From Thalia democratica (taxonomy: Eukaryota): a stretch of DNA of 64,000 bases. This document shows, piece by piece, positions 22,258-35,329 of this stretch (within the stretch, counting starts at the first letter, position 1; every line of letters begins with the position of its first letter). Where the stretch lies: assembly GCA_965202585.1 (NCBI GenBank), contig OZ241832.1, positions 37,758,001 to 37,822,000 on the forward strand, written 5' to 3'. Under the pieces are notes generated by a model. That model did no database searches, was not told where the DNA came from, and saw only the letters and a list, made by a program, of their open reading frames with translations. The translations under genes were made by a program, and so were the position numbers.

Positions 22258-24124
22258 TTTTATTTTTTATTTTTTGAAACACAAATGAACATACTGTACA
22301 AACTGAACTACAGTCAAATAAGGACTAAAAATTTTTCAAATGAAAATTGCGAAAAATGCTATAACAAAATAAATGACGTAATAATAGCTTAGTAAGAAAC
22401 AAATTGAGCAAACGATTTAATTATTAAAGTTTCTTAATAAAACAGAATATTTTTTTCTGTCTGAACAAGTAAAGTACACTGTACAATACAGTAGCACTGG
22501 AGATCAGTTAATAAAAACGGTAAAATAACTATCTAGTTATAATAACTCACTTAATTTATTAATTCCAATGAAAAGTTTATGTAAATCCTAACAAGTGTAC
22601 ACGACATTTTGTTATGATCTTTTAATAACTTGATAACATTTTTCCTTGCAAAACATTTTTGAAAAATTTTTGAAGTTTTTATACATATTAGTAGCTAAAT
22701 GATCCTAAAGAGATGTTCATTTTTATTGGTAGTGAAACGTCGTCCGTCTAGTGAAGTTTTTTACGTACAAAAACAAATATTTAAACTCGGTATATATGAA
22801 ATTTTAATCTCTCATGATGAACAACTTACAATAAAAAAAAAATGTTGTTTTGTCCTTAAAGACTTTAATTTTACTAAAGTTCGAAAATCATGTTTAGTGC
22901 ATATGGAAATCATTTAAGAAGAAAAAAAGTTTAAAATATAATAAGAAATGTATTAATCTTTACCTAACATATATTGTACTTTCGAAACGAAGAAAAATAT
23001 TTAATAGTGTTGAATTTATTCTTTTAGATACATTTAGTTTAAAAAACTAACTAAGCATGTTGTTTAGGCAGCTAGAAAAATTATAAGACTTTTATTTTAA
23101 AAAACTGCCTAATACTTAAAAAAATGTTTTTACCGGGATACGTGCAAAGGTAGTATCAAATATCAACCATGCATTTTTAAAAGATGTAAAAAAAATATAA
23201 AAACTCTCAAAGAGTCTAAAAATTGTTTCATTTAAGACAAAAAAATCTTTTTTTTTGGTATTTTTCAACGAGTTAATGCTTTTTGTTTTGCTTAACTTTC
23301 TGCAGTTTTCTGTTCTTTTATTACAGTCAACTCTGTTTTATTACTTGCATGCAATTGTTGATGTTCTAAGTAGAAAGAAAATTTTTACTTAAATGATATC
23401 AACTTATTTTTTGTCAAATTTTTTGTAAAATAATTTTAATGTTCTCTTTATTTTCTTTTAGCTCGTTATCATCAATATAGTTTTATTTATTTATTTGTAG
23501 GGCAATTTTACGCAGCTCGAATAAGTTATACACCTATTTGTACATAACAGTAAAGCTAATAGCTTTGCACTTGTAGCTTAAGCTACACTAAAACGAGCTT
23601 TACTATAAATAATGATTGCAAATATTCATTTTACAGAACCGCTATTACTCTGAGAGACAAATACAAGTTTAATGAAGATATATTTGCTTATTTTTGGTTA
23701 TTCATTCTCGGTAAAAAGGTTGTTAAAATTGTAGTACTTTCAGCAAAATGTGCAATAGATCTCAGTAGAGTGTATCAAATTGTGTTAAACATGCTCTTTA
23801 CTCAGCTGTAAACTTTTTTGGTGTGTACAAAATTCAAGAACAATAAGTTTGTTGAACACAGCCGAAAAACGGAAACCCGGTTTAAAAAACGGATGTACGC
23901 ATAGACCTCTAGATTACCGAGTCGTATACCACAATCTAGATGAAAAAATAAAAAATACACAAAATAATAAAAACTATAAGGACGAAATGTTTGAAAATAA
24001 ATTATGCTTTGTTTATTTAAAAAACATAAACTACAGTATTTTTCTTTAATAAATACTGAATAATTGGTAGTTTGATGCGTTGTTCATCGATTATTTTTTA
24101 AATAGAGAATTATTTATTTATAAT

Positions 24125-24496
24125 GGGTGCACGACAATTCAATTTCCGACAATTCAAATTCTTATTTCTTTAAAGGAACCAAATCAAAAAATAAAATGTA
24201 TTTGAAAAATAAAATACAGGTTTAGGTATAATTAATACTTAAAGACCATTTTTTCTTGTTATAAATTTAAAAAAAGAATTGGTATATTGGTTTTGATATG
24301 TATTGATTTTTATTAATTAAAAAAATAATTGTTAATAGTAACTATTTCCAGGCTATTTTTTGCTATTACAATCTTAACAATAAGATCTACAACCGCTTTT
24401 TTTGTTTTTCAAAATATATATTACTTTTAGAGATATGGTCTTATACACAGTTTTTTAAAAACTTGAATTGTCGGAATTTGAATTGTCATGTAACCG
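24125..24496. mobile_element. Small non-autonomous inverted-repeat element, unclassified
   Basis: The left end GGGTGCACGACAATTCAATTTCCGACAATTCAA mirrors the right end TTGAATTGTCGGAATTTGAATTGTCATGTAACC. Each arm carries a doubled GACAATTCAA. Confidence 0.75.
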
Positions 24497-25609
24497 TTTA
24501 TAATGTATATCTACTGGTTTAAAAAAAACTTATAGTTTTAATCACAACACATTTGAATATAATTCTTTTCATTAATTATTTTATTACTTAAATTTTAGAA
24601 TAGTTAAGAATAGTTATTTTAATTAAAACTATTTAACTGGTTGAATTAATCCACAATTCAATTTAATCTCAAACACTGTACTCTGTTTTTACTCTCGCTT
24701 AAGTTCAAATTTAAATATTAACTTTTTTTTAATTTTTTTCCCCTAAATTAAATAGTAAATCAAAGTAATATAAACATAGTAATATCACGTTTAACAGTTT
24801 GAATGGGACTTTTTTTAAAGCTAGTTTAAGTATATAAAACGTTTCTCATATCTAATTTATAAAGTAAATATTATTTACACCTTTTTGATGCTAAGACAGA
24901 AAAATATAACAAAGTAGAGTTTAAATTTTAAACAAAGTAGAGTAGCTTAAAGTAAATATATATTTAACATTAATTAAGTATTTAAAGGAAATAAAATACG
25001 ATATCATATTATGAATCCTTTGGGAAAAGTTTAGAGTTTTCCTATTGTTCATATGTTTTTATTATAAACAAAGATTTTTTAAGAATTTTTATAATCTAAC
25101 TTTAAGACTAACTTTTATTTTTAAACTATTTGTTATATTTTAGCTTATATTTAATATTTACACTGAAGTCTTTTTTATCTGATTATAATTTTTTGATAAC
25201 ACTTAAATAAGTATCTTTGTTCGTCTTTAGTTAGCTGAGATTTTAGATTTATTAAAGATCTTTTTTATAAAAGAAATAGTGTAAGCTAACAAGAAGTAAA
25301 ACATTAAGTTACTTTAAAATGAAATAAAAAAATTATAGAAAGACTATCTAAAAACATATTTTTAGTTGCTGTAGCATAGCTTTTGTGAATGAAGTTTGTT
25401 TTAAAATGAAACAAGTCTATACTTTTTTTTTCACAAAGCATAATGACGTTTTACCACGACTATAGTGTTAAAACTTTATTGCCATTTACCATTCTATTCG
25501 TTTTCATATAGTAATAAAATTATAAAAGAAACAAACTTTTTTTAACTTATTCTACTTGTTAACAGTACAAAGACATTATAACTTACAACACATTTTAACA
25601 ATACTTAAA

Positions 25610-28600
25610 ATGAACAAAAAGATAAAGATAGCAATATTAGTTGTATGTTTTCTCTTATCATTTATATTAGCGATTGTGTTAATAGACGTGATGACAAATT
25701 CAAGTGCTAAAATGAATTTGGATATAAAATTTTCAAAGAGTAAGAACTTAAAACTTTAAGTTAAGAAAAAATAAACCTTAGTTTGTAAATACCTTTTTAA
25801 ACATTTGTTGACTTTTTAGTTTGAATACTTTGTTGAGAAAGATAAATTTTGATTGTTGTTTAATTTTCCTAAAAAATATAGGTATTAAAGATTTAACTTA
25901 AAACTAAGTTTTACAAAAAAAAAAAAATTAAAGTTCTTTTACCAAAAAATTTAAAATGGCAATATTTTTGTTTTATGAAAACTTTATTGCATAACTATAA
26001 AATACATAAGCTTTTAATATTGATTGCTTTCTTAGTATAAGTTAACTATACTTTAAGCTGATAGAGTCATTTTAGTTTTAAGCTGTTGCACCACTAAATT
26101 ATTGTAAACGCTTTTTTTTATACTATATCACTTAATCTATATGATGCAATTATTTTAGATTGCAACTCACAAACACCAGCATATGATAATGTTTCTTTTG
26201 TGACGTCAAACGGTCATAACGAAGTATATCAAACAAAATTATCCTGTGAACCTGGTTTTACCTTTGTTGATCTAAATTTTGACGTTGAATGTTCTACAAT
26301 ACTTTTAGATAAAAATATTGCTGATGTTTTTCCTTTTAAGTGCTTTTCTAGTTAGTTGAAATATTTATAAATAATAGTAATCTTAAAAATAATACAAATT
26401 TTAACAAAGTACTACTATTGCAAATACTCTTCTAAAAAAGTATAGTAACTATTAACAAAAGTTATAAATTATGAGTAAATTTAAATTATTTTGATCATTA
26501 AAAAAGTTTTAAGAAATTCCATCTTAACTTTTCCAGTATATTGAGAGGAGCAACGATAAAACCAATTAATTAAAAAAAACTAGAAATTTAAAAAAATACC
26601 TTTAACTGATTTTACTAAAAAACTTATGCTCTTGTAAATAAAACAACTATCTGTCAACAAAAAAGTATCTCTGACCAGCGAAAATAAACTTCACACAGTT
26701 GACTAAACTTCGAAAACAGACTGTGGCAAGCCTCCAGACATAAAACATGCATCGTACGAGACATTATCAGATCCTTACACTTCTCAAGCTACTGTTGTGA
26801 ATACGTGCAACAAGGTAAGCGATGACGTAAACAGCGAGTGTTACGTGAGCTCCCCTCCTAAATCCCACGTTTTACAATGCGTTGAATGTAAGTTGTTTGT
26901 GTATTTCTAATCATTTAAATTTTTTATCCCCTTTTTGTAGCAGTTTTTTTTTATCTAGAACTAATCAAATGACTATTTTATTAAGAATTTTTAGTATACA
27001 GACTAACACATTTTTAAGGATCTCGTCTTTTGTAAAACTGTTTTGATGCAAAGCTTAAAGTTAAGTAAGTTTACTACTGTAGTTTTAACTTAAATAAATA
27101 GCTGTTTTTCTATTAAAATATTAATAAATAAAACTTTAAATTTCTGTTTTTCTTTTATGTTAATCTTAACTACGACCAAATTTAGCAAGAATATTTCGTT
27201 TTCTGAATAAATTAGTTGAAAATAACATTGAATTTTTTTAGTATTTAACAAAATATTCTTTTATTTATAAAGTAAAACCTAAATATATCTAACTAGTAAA
27301 ACAACAACTGTTTTTGAACCAGTATGCGGTAAGGATGTGCTAATTATGTTTAGTGTTAAGTATAAAAAACTCACAAGTAAGTACAAGTGCTTTCGTAAAT
27401 ACGACAAAAACAAACTTGCTGATAGACAATGTAATAAAAATTCACAAATTGAAGACAACACAAACCTTTTCTGTTATCAAGGTCGTTTATGTTCATATAT
27501 CTATTTTGATTATATTTTAGTGTATATTTTTTTAATACAATAATGTCGTCGCGGTTAAAAATTTTTTTGCTAGACCTACTTAAATTTGTTTTTGTTATGA
27601 GATTAGTTTAAAGCATAAGATTTTTAGCTAATAAATATATTTTCAAAGTAAATTAAAAAACAGTTATAATCAAATCTATATTCTAAAGCCCGTTTAATTA
27701 AACTCATAAAATAAATAAAAAGTAGAAGGTCAACAGGCAACTATTTATAAAACTTAGTCAAAAGATTTTGCATTTGAATTATAAATTTTAGGTATAGTAT
27801 GTAAACTTAGTAATAACTTAAATAACATTTTCGTACAACAACAAACAGAGTGTGTTGAGTCGAAAGATGATGAAATCAGTGATATCAACAACGTAAAACA
27901 TAACACTCTTGTTGTATACACTTGCAAAAGCGGGTACAAACCTGAAGGGGTCAATGTTAGAACTTGTTCAAACGGAAAATACGTACCGAGCTTTGAAGAA
28001 TCGCCTTTCGAGTGTAAATCAGGTAGCGCTTGTACTCTTATGAATTAAAATAATCAAAATAGGTTTTAAAACTTCGGTTCTAATCGTTAAATTAAAACAT
28101 TTAAAAGTATAAAACTTAGGTAAGTAACATTCGTGATCGATTTTTGAACTTTCTAGCTAACCCTAACTGTAGTTCTGCTTTATTTCATGCTGCTTTAAAT
28201 ATGACAGAAACTTTCTTGATTCTTGATAAGCATTTTTTTTTGATACCTAAAACATTTCGAAAATAATTTAAATCTTATACAGACTCGTCACAAAAGCCAG
28301 CAAGCAAGTACTGTGCGAACAAATATAAAACATCCGGGTTCTTTGTCGCTTCTCTACCCCATATAACTCAGGAAGTTGCTGTGAAGTTTTGCAAGTCCGT
28401 TGGTGGACATCTTCCTTACGTTAATGTTAAAACTACTGAGGATCGTAGGTAAGATATTAATTACTGTTAAAGTTTGTTTTATACCGCAGGATACAAACTA
28501 AAGGTAACTGTCTTAACATTTACTTTATTTAGTTTAATCTAAATTATAACCTTTTCTTTTTGCATAACGAAATTTATAATTTTTATCAAGTTTTAACCGA

Positions 28601-28994
28601 AATGTTACTTTATACAAAACCCTACAGAAGGGTGCAACAAATGATGGGGATAGACTTCCACTTCTACTGGCTGGGCCTCGACCGGCTTCACGACGGACAG
28701 TGGCGGTGGTCACCGTACTCTTCTACCAACACCACCTTTGCGGGAGTGGTTGACGACAATCCTGGCTGGTCGCGGGGACTCCCCAGCGGGAGCAGCGAAT
28801 TCGGGTACGAGTATTGCGTCATCAGCTGGATGTGGTTCGGGATCACCCCGTGGAAAAGTTCCCGGATGGAAAACTTGAACGACTTTCCTTGTCACGTGCC
28901 GCTGCAGGTGCTGGCAACTCACATGCAAAGGGCGACGCCGAGCGGTGAAAAGTTTCCGTCGGTGGCTCTGTGCGAGTTTGATTGCGCGGAATGA
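25610..28994 (+). CDS. N-terminal TM/signal anchor, four sushi(CCP)-like modules and a C-terminal C-type lectin domain, 451 aa, 7 exons
   Basis: Exons 25610-25739, 26159-26350, 26720-26887, 27323-27481, 27849-28022, 28283-28448 and 28628-28994, all GT-AG and in frame. Four phase 1-1 exons carry four Cys each (CGKPPDIKHA, YTCKSGYKPEG...TCSNG). CTLD motifs are FCKSVGGHL, YWLGL, WRW, EYCV and NDFPC...ALCE. Confidence 0.8.
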
Positions 28995-31735
28995 AAACGA
29001 TAATCGCATTTAAAAATATTTTAAAGCTAATTATAACTTTATCAATTTATTTTTTGGATTTAACAAACATATTTATTTATTTTTTACTAAGTTTATGTAG
29101 TATGATGCGCAGTATAAACAGTGAAATGTCTTCACAGTAAAATAAATTAAAACAAAAAAATTTTAACAATTTTTTGTTTAAAAATCTTACATAAAATATA
29201 CTTACAGTTTATAATAAACAACAGTTTTAAAATATACATAAACTGTTTTGCACTAAGCAGTAAAATGTTTTTAAATTAATAAAAATTTCAATGTAATTCT
29301 TTTAACTGTTCTTTTTTCTTAAAACATTAGAAAAAAATTCTTTGTAAATTTAATAAAGCTTCGTGAATCATAAAAGGAAGTTGCTGACAAATATTAGTTT
29401 TACTTCGATTTTTTATCACTCAAACTACGCTTTGCAATTTCTTGTGCAATGATCGTCATGCTACTCGATTAAGCTGCATTAAAAAAACCAACACATTTTA
29501 GTAGTTTTTGTACTTTTAATTTGTAAGGTTAGTAAAATATTGTTATATTAGTTAATTATAGTTATTAATTTTTTTAGCTTTTAAGTCTACACTATTTTAT
29601 AAAAGCTAACGTTAATTTGATAATTGCAGGAACTACATTGCACTACTAAACTTGTACTTTTGATTTATAAAACAAGCTTGTATCAATAATTAGCTATTTA
29701 AAATTAATCTTTAACAAAAAAAAACTTCAAGAAACATATGCTTTTTTTCATCTCAGTTACAAAAAGGTTTTGAATTTAGAACAGAGCTACAAGTTAAAAT
29801 GATCAATTAAAAATGTGCTGAACAGTTTTAAAAGCTTATTTTTATTTGCATTAAAAGCTTAATTTTAATTGCATTAACATTTCAAAAGACAAACCTTTAA
29901 ATTAGCTTTTTATTTAACCTGTCAATCGAAAATGTTCGCATCTTTTTCACAAGCTTTTTTTATTTGAGTATAAAATTGTAATTTAATTGTTTTAGAATTT
30001 TTAAAGGTAATTGTTTTACTTTGACATTCTTGTTAAAAATTAGATGCATTTAAACTTTTTAAAACTAAACGAATCTAATTTATGATCGTCATAAAATCTA
30101 TTTAAAGTTAACTGATTAATCGTAATACAAAAAAGAACTCTAAAAACGTACAAACAGTAGAGTAATTTTTTTTAACAGATTAAGGTTTAATGGTTTTATA
30201 TTGAACGTACTTGGGTCTACTAATAACTTTTCATACTAATAAAAAGAGTCACACCGTTGAAATAAGTTTTATGTTTATGTGCTTACACGCAGGACTTTAG
30301 ATTAAAAGAATCAATGTTATAAAAGACAGAAGTTCGAAATAAATTAAAATAATAAAGATCACACTGAAAAAACAATCAAACTTTTTTCTTAAAAAATAGA
30401 TACTTTTGCCTTTGTATACTTAAAACTTTATCTTGATAAAAACAAACATATTTTGTTTGCTTAAATTTTTATGATTTTAATAAAATGTCATAAAAGCTTA
30501 TTTTGTTGAAAATTTGTTTCGTAAAGGTTCGTTAGTAAAGCTCAGAATAAAAACGTTGTTTTAATTTTAAAGCTGCATGAATTAAGTTTTAAAAAAATAT
30601 TAATTATTTGAAAATATATTTTTTAAACTATTAAAAACTTTTGTATACCAGAATATCGACATGAAGCAGAATTATGTTTTTTAACTAATTTACTTTATTT
30701 TCTCCTACAACTGCAGTTTTGCTTAATCAATTTTAATTTTTTCAACTCATCCAACATATGTTTACAATTAAATTTAATTTATTTTCAATTGATAATGCCA
30801 CAGTAAAATTATTTTGTTTTAAGTAAAAAGCTATTTACTTCCCTTAAAAACAAAAACACTATTTTTAATATAAACAGCTACTAATTTCTATAATATATAT
30901 AAATACATACACAACATAAAGTATACAGTATTTTTTTTGTTCAAGCTTTAGAAACTGTATATGCAGTACAACTTTTTGTAATTTAAATTACAATATGTAA
31001 AAAAAAAATCGATGCTTGTTAAATTTAAGTTTATTGTTTGTACGAATTTATCTTGAACATAGTTTACGCAATATGTATACAGCAATAATAAAAGAGTGAA
31101 GTGTTTCTTAAAATAAGTACTTTTATGATAGTGTTGTATTAGAATTCTTTTATTTCAGTAAACAAGTTTTAAAATTTTACTAGCAAAATTAAAAAAACAA
31201 AGTACAGAACAAGCTTTTTGTTTATGTGATCAATAATAACAGCACAGTTAAATTGGACATAAATTGTTACAACATATACATTTATTACTTGGAAGAGTCA
31301 AGTACTTTTGTAGTTTACAAGAAAGCTCTAACGAAATCAGACTTTGTTCAAGTTTTTAAGTTCTTTATAAATTTATTTGATCAAACTTGAAAAAATTACT
31401 TTAAATTCATGAAAATACTCATTTAAAGATATTGCCCACTTCAGAAAAACCAAATCGACAAGAAAATCAAGTAATAACATTTAAACGTGTTAGTTATAGT
31501 TAAAGTGTAACTTTGATTACATTATAAGTTCGAATTTTTACTTTTATTCAACCCTTTTCAAAAAGTCAAAGAAACTTTACCTTTTTCAAAGACGGTTAAA
31601 AAGAACTTTTTTTTTTTGAACTTTTACTTCACAACTGTTTGTAAGTTTAACGCAGTGAAACGAAGAAACATAAAATAAATTAAAGCTTATTAAATTCATA
31701 TCTTACATAGAAATAAATAAACGCCAAAAGCAAAC

Positions 31736-32473
31736 TCATGAAGCTGTCATCCACCTCGGACGGTTCTGCTCGTAGCTGTGCAGCTTCTTCGAAAAACTCT
31801 TGAAGCTCTTCCTTCTCCTCGACGGCGACGCTGAGGGGGAGACTGTGACGTCACTGTCAGCTTCGCTTCCGCTCGTCACGTCATCCTCGATGAGGGCTGA
31901 CAACGAATCCACGCACGGGAGCTCGCTCCTCGTCGGCTCCTTGCTCGTCAGCATTTTCACCCATTTCTCGCGGGATCGCGTCGACGACGTCCGGAACTCG
32001 AAGTTGTGGGTCTGCAGCGACGTGGTCAGCTTGAAGTCCCGATCCCCGCTGACGGTGACGTCGCAAGTCGCCAGGCGCAGGCAGGTCAGCGGGCGCGCGT
32101 ACTTCCGGTCGGACTCGGAAATGACGACGTACGAGTTTGTGACGTCACTGTGGACCGAAACGAGAACGCGCCTCGGGAAGTGCAACAGGTTTTTGGCGTT
32201 TCCCGGCAGCTCGCTTTCCATGCTTGCCCTCACCTTGGTCATCTGGTTGCTTCGCAGCATGGCTCTCACGTCGTCTTTTCTCAACTTGTGCGTTTTACTT
32301 TCCGTGCAGCCGATGGTTGACGAACTGTTTTTGAAGTTGAAGTTTGAAGAAATTAAGGTCAAAACGCCCGAGTTTGAGGTTTTTTTCGCTTCATCAACTT
32401 TTACTACACTGTATTTACTATGGTTTTTGACGGCGTTGAGCGCAGCTTGATGATTGGTTTTTGACATGATCAC
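31736..32473 (-). CDS. Single-exon protein with a PH-like domain and Ser-rich C-terminus, 245 aa
   Basis: Beta-strand-rich core (RRVLVSVH...YVVIS...CLRLATCDVTVSGDRDFKLTT...FEFR) ending in a PH-type helix with Trp (SREKWVKML). Strong GC3 bias. Confidence 0.7.
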   Translation of the reverse strand: MIMSKTNHQAALNAVKNHSKYSVVKVDEAKKTSNSGVLTLISSNFNFKNSSSTIGCTESKTHKLRKDDVRAMLRSNQMTKVRASMESELPGNAKNLLHFPRRVLVSVHSDVTNSYVVISESDRKYARPLTCLRLATCDVTVSGDRDFKLTTSLQTHNFEFRTSSTRSREKWVKMLTSKEPTRSELPCVDSLSALIEDDVTSGSEADSDVTVSPSASPSRRRKSFKSFSKKLHSYEQNRPRWMTAS

Positions 32474-35258
32474 ACTTATAGTACTTTATAAAAAATATGT
32501 TTAATGCCTGCAAAGTAGTATTGCAAAAAAATTAAAATGCATTTATTAAATCTATTTAAAGTTCTCATAAGTTGGTTTACTTCAGATACTTTACACTTTA
32601 ATTTCTTTAGTTTAGTGCAGTGGCTTGACTTAATATACTTAAGTGCTTTTTAGCTAACAAGTAACAAAAACTTTTCTAACCTCATCAATCTCGATTTGTT
32701 TATATAAATTTAAAAGAAAAACCACAAAATTGCTTGTTTGTAATTTTATGAATGACAACACAAAATGTATGAAAACCATGATGTATCGATAAAAGTAGTG
32801 AGAACGACCTTTTTTTAATGTCATTGAAGCGGTAAAAAAAAGTATAGATCATTTTGAAATACATGTTTTTATAAATTTTACAACTAATAAAAGTGTTTTA
32901 AAGTTTTATTTCGAGAATATCAGGCCTTTTAATTATTTTTGCCAGGTAATTATCATTTTTTAGTTAAACTAGAGCTGTTTTAACATAAAATATTCTTTAA
33001 ATGTCTAACAAACTCATATAACTTCTATAAAAAGTTAGTAAAAGTTTAGAGAATAAAAAAGCTTTCTATAATTAAAACTTAAGTTTTATTTTCAACTCAA
33101 GTACAACGCTTTATTGAAAACTTACTAAAAATGCGCACCTATAACTAGAAACTAATATATACCTGAACTAAAAACAAGCAGTTTAAAAAAACTATAAAAT
33201 ATTAATCCCTAAAGTATTAAAAGCTTTTAAAGTACTTCAAAATTCCAAATCGCAACAAATTACAATAAATTTCTCATCGAAACCGAAGCTTAAATACTTC
33301 CCTGTGTACCTTATCATGCGACTACTCTCTTTCATATTTTCTCACACGCTGTTAAGTTTCTCTCAATTTTGACCTTAGCCATTTAACAACGCTTCAGGCA
33401 GTCGCGCTGAGCGATGAGGCTATTAATACAATCGATAAAGCCTACTGATCGCAATAAATTACCGGAAAAAGCATTAGGTGGAAGTGAATTACTGGCTTTT
33501 TTACTTCCGAAAACATAGGGAAAATGATTTTTTCTTAACAAAAATTTTATGGTTAATTTTTTTTTAAATTTACAACTACTTAGTGAAACCCAAAATAATT
33601 TAAAAATGAATCTTTATTATTTTTTGTTTCTTCTTTTTTGCAGTAAAATGCTTTAGCAATAAGCGAATTAAAACTATTTAAGAATACAAAAAAGCTTCTT
33701 TTTTAAGATTATTTTTAAAAGTACTTGCTATATATGTTGCTTGCTTTTCTTTAAGCACAACAAAATTTTAGATTTATTGAAACCGAAAGATCAAACAAAA
33801 ATAATTCCTCAAAAATAAGTTTACTTTTATTCTACAAATCCTTTAGTATTGCAATACGATTGAAAAACCTTTTTTTTTTTTAACAAGCTTTTAGACTACT
33901 TTGATGGTAGTATTTTTCTACCAACGTATTAAAATGCAAAAAATTAACAAAAATATTTACATTCTCTTCACACGTATTTTTTCTTACTCGCGTTTACAAA
34001 ATATTTTACTTCTAACAATGCAAATAAAAAATGCTGTTAAAAGCAAACACGTGCCGTTTGCTTAGCGCGTTTGTGACTACGCTTTGTTTATTTACATGCA
34101 ATGACAGCGAACAAAAAGCTTATTTCGTACAAAGATGAATCAAAAGATAAAATAAAAAAATAATAATATTTGAAATTGGTAAAACACTTCCGGGTTTTTC
34201 CATATATAACACAGCATCATCTTGTGTTAAACAACGCAAAGAGTCAACGTAAACACTAAGCGTCAATATTGTATATAAAAAATATTTAACTGAAAAAAAA
34301 AAGCTTTATACTGTACTGACTTTTAACATTTCAACTTGAGAACCGTACAAACCTTTTAACAAAAGTAAAGTAGCATTGGTGTCACTAAAGTAGTTTACAT
34401 AAACAGAAATTATTTTTAAAACGCTTTGAATTACTTTAGTTATAAATTGCTTTTACTTTAAGCTAGTAAGTTTTCATTACTTATAATTTAATTGTACTTA
34501 AAAACTACTAATGATTAAACGCTTTATATAAATTAAAAAAATTGTTTGTATCTTAACTTATACTCTAAAGTTTTTAAAGTACACACGTGAATTCACTTAA
34601 AACTGCTTCGCTTGTGTGAGTGTAATAACATAACTCTTCTCTAAATTTACGTTAAAGTCACGTAACAGCACAAGTTCAATTGCAACAATTGTCTTATGAG
34701 TGTTCACTTCAACTTAATTCAATGTTAACATCAATCAAAACGTCAAGAGCTGTCTCTTAATATTGACGCTTTTACTAATCGTTACGAAATTTACGAGTAT
34801 TTTAGAGAGCACTTGAACTTTTTTATAATTAGATCAAGGTTTCATTAACGCATTTGTTTTTGCATTTGATCTTAAGAATCTTGTGATTTATAATTTTTAG
34901 CTAAAATAGAAAAAAAAAACTTATAGGTTACAGATATTAAATTTTGTAAACATGTTTTTAAAGTTTTTTGTTTACCCTTTAAGGTGTTGTTTTGAAAGCA
35001 ATTTTGTAAGTTAAAATAAATTACTAATTTTTTAATTGAATAATTCTGTAAATTTGAATTTGTTTTTGTTTGTCCATGTTCTATCACATTTAAACATTTT
35101 ATTCGACGTACGATTTGACAACAAATGAAAGTAACATTTCCTCGAAATTAATAAATTTGTGAGAAATTAAGCTTAGTAAAAATATTGTTTAACTTGTGCA
35201 AAAACTACTAAGCAAAAGTATGTCATGAGTCCTCTGATGTACTAACTAGTTTTTATCA

Positions 35259-35329
35259 TTCGAAGCTAAAAGTTTTATTTCTTCGTGCACCAGGTTCTAT
35301 GAACGAATATTTTGAGCGCCTTTTTTTTT
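35259..35329 (+). repeat. Family A repeat, partial
   Basis: TTCGTGCACCAGGTTCTATGAACGAATATTTTGAGCG matches the inner part of 20446-20548. Confidence 0.5.

Noticed and set aside
23565-23810. Open frame of about 80 codons without an early start, with acceptor-like sites
   Set aside because: No recognisable motif and no consistent exon chain; such frames are expected occasionally by chance.
28157-28266. Possible alternative terminal exon truncating the lectin gene before the CTLD
   Set aside because: An acceptor and compatible phase exist, but the peptide is featureless and T-rich like intron sequence. It cannot be supported without transcripts.
31800-32450. Long antisense and alternate-frame ORFs over GC-rich exons (also 3665-3910, 3914-4465, 4142-4495, 19168-19492, 20773-21090, 28710-29009, 40443-40876 and many within dynein)
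   Set aside because: They are shadows of GC3-rich coding sequence, which lacks stops in other frames. They have no independent motifs.
33412-33452. SECIS- or C/D-box-like hairpin (GCGATGAGGC...GCCTACTGATCGC)
   Set aside because: The 3' GA is not positioned against the 5' UGA as a SECIS quartet requires, box C is imperfect, and no UGA-containing gene is adjacent.
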